From Podarcis muralis (Eukaryota): a stretch of DNA of 64,000 nucleotides. Positions within the stretch are counted from its first letter, which is position 1. Each line of letters opens with the position of its first letter. The position numbers and the translations under genes were made by a program. The DNA lies in contig NC_135673.1 in the NCBI RefSeq assembly GCF_964188315.1, positions 12,586,001 to 12,650,000 of the forward strand. Direction: 5' to 3'. Of this stretch, positions 51,735 through 61,132 are shown piece after piece. The notes below the pieces were generated by a model. The model saw only the letters and a program-made list of their open reading frames with translations. It was not told the origin of the DNA and did not search any database.

Positions 51735-51859
51735 CCCTAGATGTTTTAAATTATATGGCCCACAGAAGGATCTGACTTGGTTGCTTAATATGTACAGTAG
51801 TAATATTATGCAACCAAGTCAGACCCTTCTGTGGGCCATATAATTTAAAACATTTAGGG
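51735..51859. repeat. Near-perfect inverted repeat: 57-bp arms, 11-nt loop
   Basis: Arm 51735-51791 matches the reverse complement of 51803-51859 at 54 of 57 positions. Confidence 0.95.
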
Positions 51860-54047
51860 GTTATAAAACTGTAAGTTGTGATATAGTTGAATGAGTTGAA
51901 AGGCAATGAGACTTGCACCATGCGTGCTTAATACAAGCATTAGATGCATTAATCTCAGTTCACCTGTCCCATCTAAATGCAGGGCCCTCTTGTCACCTGA
52001 TGTAAATTACAGCTTTGGAGTGTGGCTGGTACTGTTATCTAGTACATAAACTGTTCCCTTGACACTGCCTTTTAATCAGGTATTTCGGATACACTGAAAT
52101 GTTTGCTTCCAGGCACCAGAATACAACTGGGTTGCTTTCATTTGGAGAGCTTGTCTAAAACATTTGGTAGAAATACTTGTATGCCGGAGTTTGCTTTTGT
52201 TTCAATCGTGTGCTTTTTGCTCTCACTGGAGAATGCCCACACTTTCGATTTCCAAGTTCCTCCTTGTTAATAGCCCTTCCTGGTATCACATCAGTAGATG
52301 TTCCAATTCAACCAAGATACAAATATTCAAGCACAAAGTATAAATATTCACTTTATATCGCTTTTACAAATCTTTTTCAAATGACGAAAGTTACCTTAGC
52401 TACACCAAATCAACTAATTCTACAAATGTGGTCAAGCTGTTTTTGCGGATGGACCAACTCCTCTCTCACAAGTTGGTTTTTATGGTTGCCTTGACCACTG
52501 CTTCCTATTTATGTGTGTGACCTTTTGCTTCTCTGCTGTACTTCGCAGCTTGCCTCTCATCAACACTGATGAGCTAATAGCTGTGGAAAATATCTATGAC
52601 TTCCGCTTAAGTGAACAATTCGGTATATGAGACAGTGATGATATATTGATCCTGGTAACAAGGATGCATGGCTATGTGCTTACAGAACCTATGCATAGCT
52701 TCTTCTTTTTTTAAAAAAAAATTAAATTAATTTTCTTTTTTCTCATTACAAATATACTTACCGGTATAACATACAGTTTACATAACGTCCCTCCCTCCCT
52801 TTGGACTTCCCCCAACTTCTATTTCTGATTTATTATCCTCATTATTGTATTCTGCTATTTTCTACAAATATCATATTTTTCCTTTTATTACATTATTTGT
52901 TCCCTATCCATAAAATTGTGAACGTTTATTTAAGTCCTACCATCAAGTCAATATTCTTTCTTTGTTTCTGCAAATATAAAGGGTTCCCACTCTTTTTCAA
53001 AATCCTTGTCCTTTTCCCGAAGTCTGTCTGTCAGCTTTGCCAACTCCACATAACATACATGGCTTCTTAATAGTAGAGCCCTGCTCTGCATTGTGGACTG
53101 CTGTTTTAATCTTATTCCCTGTGTCCATATATTTTAAAATTTATTTAAAAGCCTTTCTTTAACTGCTAAATATTTACACATCTCTTTAAGTGGTATACAA
53201 AAATACAACAATAAAACAGTATCCTAAAAACAGATGTATCCAAAGTTAGCTCTCTTAATCAATGTGGGTTCCTTAATTTCAGTGCGTCTTAGAATCATAA
53301 AATTGTAGAATCAGAATAGAAGGGACCCTGACGGTCATCTAGTCCAACTCTCTGCAATGCAGGAATCTCCGCTGGATTATACTCGGCAGATCACCATCCA
53401 AACTCTTAGAAACCTTTAAGGAAGGAGAGTTCACCACTTCTCATGGGAGTCTGTTCCACTGTTCATTAGCTCTTACTCTCAGAAAGTTCTTCCTGATGTT
53501 CAGTTGAAATCTCCTTTCTTGCAACTTGAATCCATTGGTTCATGCCCTAGACACGAGCAGGATAAAACACGCTTCCTCTATATGACAGTCCTTCAGCTAT
53601 TTGAAGATTGCTATCATATCTCCTCTCAGTTTCCTCTTTACCAGGCAAAACATACCCAATTCTCTCATCTATTCCTCATAAGGTTTGGTTCATCGTCCTC
53701 TGCACACGCTCAGATTGTTAATATCCTTTTTTAATTGTGGTTCCCAGAACTGGTCACAGTACTGCAGGTGTGGTCTGATTTCGGTAGATTGGGACACTAC
53801 TGTTGATGCAGCCTAGAATCGCATTAGCTTGATTTGCTGCTATATCATACTGCTGACTCATGTTAAACTTGTGGTCTACTAACACCTCTAGATCCTATTC
53901 ACAGATACTGCTAGTAAGCCAGGTGTCCTCCATCTTATATTTGTGCAGTTGGTTCTTCCTGCCTAAGTTTAGAACCTTACATTTGTTCCTATTGAAACTG
54001 ATTTGTTAATTTGGGCCCAGTTCTCCAGTCTGTTAAGGTTGTTTATA

Positions 54048-54272
54048 CAGTCATACCTCGGGTTGCGAACGTGATCCGTGTGGGAGGCGTGTTTGCAACC
54101 CACAGCACCGCATCTGCGAGTGATGTGCTTCTGCGCATGCACGTGATGTCATTTTGCGCTTCTGCGCGAGCGCCGAAACCTGGAAGTAACCCATTCCGGT
54201 ACTTTTGGGTTTGACGTGGTTAGCAACCTGAAAATGCGCAACCTGCAGCATTTGTAACCCGAGGTATGACTG
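54048..54272. mobile_element. Tigger/pogo-like MITE nested in CR1
   Basis: TA TSD; symmetric CAGTCATACCTCGG ends. Confidence 0.88.
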
Positions 54273-54536
54273 TAATGATGTTGAAAAAGAATGGGCCCAG
54301 GACAGAACCCTGCAGTACCCCATTTAACATTTTTTTCCAGGATGATGAGGAAATGTCAGTGAGCATTCTTTGGTTTCCATCAATCAAACAGCTACAAATA
54401 CACCTAACAGTTACCTTGTACAGTCCACATTTTACCAGCTTCACAAGAATATCATGGGGGACTTTGTCAAAACACTTACTGAAATCAAGATAAACTATGT
54501 TCACAACATCCCCATGAACCACCAAGCTTATAACTA

Positions 54537-54781
54537 CAGTGGACCCTCCAGATACGAATTAAATTTGATTCAGGGGTCTGTCCGCAACCCGAAAAGTCTG
54601 TAGGCAGAGGCACAGCTTCTGCACGCAGCATGATTGAGTGCTTCTGCACACATGTGCGGCACGCAGAGCGCTTCTGCGCATGTGCGTGGGGTGAAACCCA
54701 GAAGTATACACTTCCAGTTTTGCCATGTTCGTATCCCCAAAATTACGTATCCAGAGCGGTACGGAATTAGAGGGTCCACTG
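54537..54781. mobile_element. Tigger/pogo-like MITE nested in CR1
   Basis: TA TSD; CAGTGGACCCTC / GAGGGTCCACTG. Confidence 0.85.
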
Positions 54782-54885
54782 TATATATATAAAACAGATT
54801 TGTATTGCATGAGTTGTTTTGAGAAACTCATGCTGGGTCTTAGTAATCACAGCACCCTTTCCTAGGTGCTCACAGATTGACCATA

Positions 54886-55104
54886 CAGTCATACCTCCAC
54901 GAACATCCACCCCCTCGATCATCCATTTCAGCGGACATCTGAGGCAAACCCAGAAGTACCGGAACGGGTTACTTCTGGATTTGCCGCTTTGCGCATGTGC
55001 AGAAGTGCTAAACCGATACACACGCAGAGCGACGCTGTCAAGTGTCTCTTGTTGAGCGTCCGGGGCTCCGGAATGGATCCTGGACACTTGATGAGGTACC
55101 ACTA
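54886..55104. mobile_element. Tigger/pogo-like MITE nested in CR1, asymmetric ends
   Basis: Left CAGTCATACCTC, right GAGGTACCACTA. Confidence 0.8.
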
Positions 55105-55271
55105 ATTATCTCTTGTAGGACCTTTCCTGGTATTGACGTCAAGCTGACCGGTTGGCAGTTACAGTACCTGGGGCTTATTTCTCCCCCTTTTTGAAGATTG
55201 AGACAACATTTGCCCTCTAGTCTGCAGGGACCTCACCAAGAGTTGTCCAAGAGTTCTCAAAGATTATAGAC

Positions 55272-55621
55272 CAGGGGTCAGCAACCTTTTTCAGCCATGG
55301 GCCGGTCCAGCATCCCTCAGGCTGGACTATATGGGGGGGGGGGAATGAACGAATTCCTATGCCCCACAAATAACCCAGAGATTTAAATAAAAGGACACAT
55401 TCTAATATTGTAAAAACACCAGGCAGGCCCCACAAATAACCCAGAGATGCATTTTAAATAAAAGCACACATTCTACTCATGTAAAAACACCAGGCAGGAC
55501 CCACAAATAACCCAGAGATGCATTTTAAATAAAAAGACGCATTCTACTCATGTAAAAATACGCTGATTCCCGGACTGTCCATGGGCCAGATTGAGAAGGC
55601 GATTGGTTCGCATCCGGCCCC
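55272..55621. mobile_element. Partial hAT MITE with three internal tandem units of about 70 bp
   Basis: Left end CAGGGGTCAGCAACC preceded by TTATAGAC; right TIR missing; inserted between CR1 codons VIS and SIIFENSW. Confidence 0.8.
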
Positions 55622-56164
55622 CAGACACTGAGATTACATCCGCAAGCTCTTTTAGTACCCTTGGATGCAGCTCCTCAAACCCTGAAGATCGGAATTCATT
55701 TAAATTAGGTGTTCCCTTACCACATTTCCTCCTATATTGGGCGGCAGCTCTCTTCTTGCATTGTTTATTTTTTTATCACCAGGTTGGGCACTGTTTTCCT
55801 TTTGGGTGAAGATGGAGGCAAAGTAAGTGTTGAGTAGTTCCACCTTCTCTCTGTCACCCAAATAATTTTCCATCTCCACGCAATGGTCCTACTACTTGCT
55901 GCTTCTACTCTAAGTAGAACTTAGTTGGATATAAACAGTATTATGAAAACAGAAATTCAGTAATAAGAGTGAGCTTATGGTTCAAGGAAAGCCTGTGCAG
56001 ATAGAATATAGAATAAAATATGTTGGCATTTGGGGTGGGTTGGAGTACTTTCTGGGGCTTTCTGAATTGAAGTCAATTACTAACTTACATTTTCACTTGT
56101 ACAATACTGCAAATGATTTATGTTGCTGTATATCTGCTGTGACGCTTGTAATGTCCTTTATAAT

Positions 56165-56608
56165 TGTGGTGTTCGTACGGAGCCCCCGGTCATCTCACGG
56201 ACTGTTGACCCGTACGCTACTAATCCGCTGCCACCAACCAGGTCCTCCCTGGTAAATCACTTAGTCTCAGTCAGGTTCTTAAATTAACAAAGTGTTTATT
56301 GCAAACACAAATAAACTTTAACTGCATTCAAACGTTGTTACTCTTTACCTTCTTAGTCTTATTTTATCCTGTCTCTAACTCTTCTACCTCCCCTCACACA
56401 AGAACCAACTGCGCTAACTGTCTCTCTATTTCCAACTGTCTGCCAACTGCTTTCCCAACTGCCTTTCCCAAACAACCAAAATTAACCCAAACCTCAGGCT
56501 GAGCCCTTTTATAAGCAGGTAGGCTCCGCCTCTGGCTTTTCTATTGGTCTACCTGTTAATCCCCCCTCTCTCTATACAGACATTTTCAAACAAACGGGCA
56601 AAGCCACA
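56165..56608 (-). mobile_element. Solo LTR (444 bp)
   Basis: TGT…ACA termini; exact 5-bp TSD ATAAT at 56160-56164 and 56609-56613; minus-strand order CCAAT (56547), GC box (56532), TATAAAA (56513), AATAAA (56300). Confidence 0.85.
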
Positions 56609-57494
56609 ATAATAATTTTTAAAATTGTAGCTACCGAGTTATTGTCATTAGGATCCTATGGACAACCCAGTTTGAAGCAGCTGTTTTCTCAAAATCGTCA
56701 CAGTGTAAATGTGTGTGGGTGTACACAAGAAACTGTAATTACAGTACATAATGACTAATGTGTTTTTTTTTTTAATAGGGAGGTTTTGCACAATACTTCT
56801 TTAAATACTTTATTTAAGTATTTTATTGCTGTTTTGTTGATTGTTTTAAAGGTGTGGGGTGGAATCTGAGATTGTATTTAATGGAAGCCTACAGCTTCTT
56901 AATATTTTTTGGATATTGCAATCTATGCCCACTAAGCAGCATATTGAGAGCACTCTTGTTCAAGACCTGAATATTTCTTTTGAAAAACACAGTGGAAATG
57001 GATATTGCTCTCACACTGCTTACAAAAAATATATGCCTTAATTCTCCCCCATTCTGAAACATAATTATGGACTAGCAATGTATGCTCTTCTTCCTGTGGA
57101 TTATTTTTAAAGAGTGTGCACATACACAGATGCAGTAATACCTGCCCATGCTCCAAGAATGGAAAAATATAGCGGAGGAGTGATTAAGATGGGAAGTATT
57201 CCCAAACAGCATGAATATATTCTGTCAAGCTCTTGCTACTGGTGTGGATGCCAAATGGCAGAATAGCAATGAATATGAATATGAATGACTTAGAAACTGG
57301 AATGTGAGGACACTAGTGTCCCAGTCACCTGCACACAAAAATAGGATCCAAACAATCCATTTGTGCAATAACTCCCCTTGTCTGGAAGCAACCATAATCT
57401 GGCATTTGTTGTAAATAATTTGCCAAGCTTGATTATAATTTTTTTTAAATGTAGATGTACACTGAGTGATTTGAGAGACTGAAGTGTAACAGTA

Positions 57495-57733
57495 CAGTCA
57501 TACCTTGGGTTACAGACGCTTCAGGTTGTGCGTTTTCAGGTTACGGGCGTGCCTAACCCCGGAAGTACCGGAATGGGTTACATCCAGGTTTCAGCGCTCA
57601 CCCATGTGCAGGAACACTAAATCACACTTTGCGCATAAGCGCCAAATCGCAACCTGTGCGTGCACAGATGTGGTGCTGCGGGTTGTGAACATGCCTCCCG
57701 CACGGATCAAGTTCGCCACCCGAGCGTCCACTG
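57495..57733. mobile_element. Tigger/pogo-like MITE, same family as 8852-9018 and 54048-54272
   Basis: TA TSD; left CAGTCATACCTTGG, right CCGAGCGTCCACTG. Confidence 0.85.
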
Positions 57734-58196
57734 TACTTGTTTTGCAGGCCCCTTGAAATGAAACTGGCTTGACCAGCTTCCTAGACCTGCAGTGATCCCC
57801 CTGCCTCCCACCCTCCCCTGCCTCCTGCCTAGGGATTTGCAATATGATGCATTGAAAACAAAGCAGACTGGCTGGATTTATTTTTTAAAATGAAGCTGAT
57901 TGGAGAGAAATTGAAACAAGCAAAATGTGAAATGAATTGAAGTTGAATTGGACCGAGATAAATTGACCTGGGTGTTGGCCATTTTGAAAAGGGCCAAAGT
58001 TCAACAGAGAAACCGGAGTGAACTGAGGTGAAAGTGAATCAAGTTCTCGCAGCTGTTTATATTAAGAGATTAGGCAGATTAACAAAACCGCATTGTGGTA
58101 CATGAATTGAGGCCGCGGACACGCATATGCATCTTTATTTAAAAGGTGCACTTTTAATTAGAATCCCAAATCGAAGTGGCACCGAAGGGAAGGGGG

Positions 58197-58351
58197 CATA
58201 GCTGTCAACTTTCGGATTTGAAAATAAGGGATCAGTAGCTTCACCTGTCCCGGGGACAGTCTACGGGATATCCAACAATCCGGGATAGCAGCGGGAAACG
58301 GCGCTGGAATAAGGGGATTTGCCGCAAAAAAAGGGAAGGTTGACAGCTATG
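58197..58351. mobile_element. 155-bp hAT MITE at the edge of the ARPC5L promoter
   Basis: TIR CATAGCTGTCAAC / GTTGACAGCTATG; exact 8-bp TSD GAAGGGGG at 58189-58196 and 58352-58359. Confidence 0.92.
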
Positions 58352-58359
58352 GAAGGGGG

Positions 58360-58702
58360 CGAGAGCGATAAAAAAGCTGCTCCGAGCGGGGAAGGTGGTT
58401 GCAGTTTAGAGATCACGTGGGTAGGACCGGCTCGAGGCGGAGTGACGCAGAGCGAACGGGAGCTTCTCCTCTTCGCTCTTTCTCGCCCTCCGCCCTCGCC
58501 GCAGGCCAGGCCCCGCCCAGGGGGTGTGTTGGCCGCGCCTCTCAGTCGGCCCCGCCCTCGCCCTGGCAGGCGGGCGGGCGTGGTTTCCTTTTCCGAGCAG
58601 TGCTGTCCTGAGGAGGGAAGTGTAGCCTCGGCGGCGGCGGCGGCGTGCGTGGCTGTGGCGGCGGCGCCTCGGGAGAGCGCCCGGCTGCCGTCCGGCTCAG
58701 CT
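58360..58702 (+). promoter_or_regulatory. ARPC5L: ARPC5L CpG-island promoter and 5'UTR
   Basis: CACGTG at 58414-58419; TGACGCA at 58443-58449; several GC boxes at 58550-58580; pyrimidine tract at 58463-58490. Confidence 0.8.
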
Positions 58703-58866
58703 ATGGCGCGGAGCTCGCTCTCCTCGCGCTTCCGCCGCCTCGACATCGATCAGTTCGACGAGAACCGCTTCGTGGAAGAGCCCGACGGCGCCGATGCGGG
58801 GAGCGGGGCCGGCGCGGCGGAGGCGGAGGGAGGAGCCGGCCCGGAGGTGGAGGCGGCGCTGCGGCA
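58703..58866 (+). CDS. ARPC5L: ARPC5L (Arp2/3 complex subunit 5-like) exon 1; the rest of the gene is outside the window
   Basis: MARSSLSSRFRRLDIDQFDENRFVEE...EVEAALR+CA matches the ARPC5L N-terminus (SSRFRR, versus SSARFRK in ARPC5); followed by ATATCCTTT. Confidence 0.88.
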
Positions 58867-58875
58867 ATATCCTTT
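58867..58875 (+). other. ARPC5L: U12 (minor spliceosome) AT-AC-type 5' splice site
   Basis: ATATCCTTT is an exact U12 donor consensus and lies where homology to the ARPC5 family (…LRQG) ends; no GT donor is available there. Confidence 0.85.
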
Positions 58876-58974
58876 CTCGGCCCGAGCGAGCGACCCCGGA
58901 GGCCCCTCGATGTCGCCCACCCTTGACTGGCAAGGCGCCCTTCCAGGGTTTCAGGCAGCGGGGTGGGGTGTGGG

Positions 58975-58975
<1 letters not shown>

Positions 58976-59013
<38 letters not shown>
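58976..59013. repeat. (TCTG)n microsatellite in ARPC5L intron 1
   Basis: Read directly from sequence. Confidence 0.93.
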
Positions 59014-59015
<2 letters not shown>

Positions 59016-59946
59016 TCCAACCATCCCTAGAAATGCCGTTGGGGATTGAACTGGAGACCTTTCGCGTGCAAAGCATGTGCTGTGCCACTCAGCTGTGGTC
59101 CACCCCCATTAGAGATAAAGTGAAATGCTAGTGCTGAATAAAGATGTGCTTTTAAATACAGAGTCAGACCGTCGGTCCGCCTAGTTCAGTGTTGTCCGCA
59201 CGGACTGGCAGCAGCTCTCTAATAGGGTTTGAGGCAGGGGGATCTCTCCCATCCTTACCTGGCGATGCTGTTGAGGATCCAGCTAGGGCCCTTCTGCATG
59301 CAAAGCTAATGTTCTGTTGTTTGAGCAAGGACTACTAAATAAAAAAGGAACGTGGGAAGCTGCCTTATTCTTTTCCCCCTGTGTGCATTGGGCATTGCTT
59401 CTCTTCAGCCTCCCCCTATTCCCCCCCCCTACCCGTACTCTTTTGGAGATGCCTTTGTTTTTGCCCACTTTTGTCTCTGTGTGCCTCAATGCCTTCATTT
59501 CCTGCTACTCTCTCCCCAGTGTGCTTTGGGGGCATTTCTCTGCTGCCCACCTTTCTCCCTCTTCTCCCATATGGGCCATTACTTCTCATCTCTATTCTCT
59601 TCCCTGCTCTGTTTCATGGGGCATTCTTTTTAAACCCTTTTCTCCCCATGTGCCTGGGTGCTTTCATCTTTCCCACTTCTTCTCTTCCTCCTTCCCATTG
59701 TCTTTGTATCAATCTGTGAAAAAACATTAATTTTATCCAGAACAGGGATTCTCCTTTAAGCGCAATGTGAATTGAGGGGGCACCTCATAATGTTTTTTAC
59801 CATATAGGGGAAGGACTGTAGCTCAGTGGTAGTCTTTGGTTTGCATGCAAAGTGTCTGATATTTCCCCTCTGACATCTCTAGGTAGGACTAGGACGGAAC
59901 CCAGTTTGAAATCCTGGATATCTGCTGCAAGTCAGTGTGGACAGTA

Positions 59947-60320
59947 CAGTGGTGCCCCGCAAGACGAATGCCTCGCAAGGTGGAAAACCCGCTAGACGAA
60001 AGGGTTTTCTGTTTTGGAGGTGCTTCGCAAAACGAATTTCCTATGGGCTTGCTTCGCAAGACGAAAATGTATTGCGAGTTCCTGCAGGTTTCCCCCCCCT
60101 TTTTCCCAAGCCGTTAAGCCGCTTATCAGCTGATCCGCTAAGCAGCTGATCCGCTAGGCCGCTTATCAGCTGATCCGCTAAGCCGCTTAACAGCTGATCC
60201 GCTAAGCCGCTAATAGCGCTAATCTGCTAAGCCGCTAATGGGCTTGCTTCGCAAGACGAAAAAACCGCAAGACGAAGAGACTCGCGGAACGGATTCTTTT
60301 CGTCTTGCGAGGCACCACTG
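59947..60320. mobile_element. Tigger/pogo-like MITE with an expanded internal 24-bp minisatellite
   Basis: TA TSD; same ends and body as 19856-20125 but 104 bp longer. Confidence 0.88.
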
Positions 60321-60914
60321 TACAGAGAATAATGGACTCAGTAATGGGTACTGACTGTTTGAAGGCCACTGTGCTAGATTGTCCTCCTCTGCCTGATCTT
60401 TCCTTCCCTGATAGATTCTAAGGAGTTGGTTGTATCTCTTGTTGTAGCTGCTTTTATGGAGAAGGCACCATTCTTTTATTTCTCCCCCCTCCCTGGAATA
60501 TTTCTGTCCACTTCACTGCTTATCATTCTCTCTCTTCGAGCAACTGTCACTGAGGAGGAATGTAGACTTTGCAAGATCAGGCAAGTGCGTAGTTAGCCAT
60601 TTACCCTACTGTGAAACTCTGGAAAGCCTTGAGAAGATATTCATTCTCCTAAACACCTCATCTCTGACTTCCCCCTTTTGGAATTGGCCTATCCTGTCAG
60701 AATTTGCTTCACATCGAAACACTGTCTCTCCTTTTGTCCAAGATATATAGAGTTTCTATTCAGTGTTAGTGCTACACCTATTGAAATTAATGTGCATGTC
60801 ACTCTCGGTTCATTCATTTCAGTGGGTCTGCTCTGAGCAGAACTTAGTTGTGCACAACCCTTAGCTTCCTATGATTTCATTTAGTGGGGGGAGGGAGTCC
60901 TCCTTTACCTAGTA

Positions 60915-61132
60915 CAATGGTACCTCAGGTTACAGATACTTCAGGTTACAGACTCCGCCAAGCCAGAAATAGTACCTCGGGTTAATAACTTTGCTTCAGG
61001 ATGAGAACAGAAATCGCGTGGTGGTGGCAGCAGGAGGCTCCATTAGCTAAAGTGGTACCTCAGGTTAAGAACAGTTTCAGGTTAAGAACGGACCTCCAGA
61101 ACGAATTAAGTTCTTAAACCGAGGTAACACGG
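60915..61132. mobile_element. Tigger/pogo-like MITE
   Basis: Collinear with 46363-46595. Confidence 0.82.

Larger units (their letters stand above)
53292..55900 (-). mobile_element. Old CR1 LINE fragment interrupted by four DNA transposons
   Basis: Collinear ORF2 pieces: KVELLNTYFASIF (about 55830), HPRVLKELADVIS (about 55650), IIFENSW (about 55250), SQHGF-like (about 54830), YLDFSKCFDKVPH and QGSVLGP (54300-54500), CR1 tail at about 53300. Confidence 0.85.

Noticed and set aside
52566-52589. Hammerhead ribozyme core CTGATGA…GAAA
   Set aside because: The short stem GCT-AAT-AGC is separated from GAAA by four extra bases, and I could not find stems I and III.
52635-52830. C/D-box snoRNA (C box GTGATGA)
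   Set aside because: No D box CTGA within normal distance (the next is about 190 nt away), no terminal stem, and not within a recognised host intron.
55362-55560. CRISPR-like array (also considered for 60118-60240)
   Set aside because: Units are contiguous tandem repeats without unique spacers, lie inside MITEs, and the context is eukaryotic with no cas genes.
51500-58190. Remnant exons of SCAI, GOLGA1 or RPL35
   Set aside because: Manual reading of both strands found no matching peptide; the unexplained stretch at 52150-52690 gives only short frames I do not recognise. A tBLASTn search would be needed to exclude decayed fragments.
58319-59131. 270-aa ORF as a novel protein
   Set aside because: It is GC-rich promoter/5'UTR read-through plus ARPC5L exon 1 plus intron; only 58703-58866 is homologous to a known protein.
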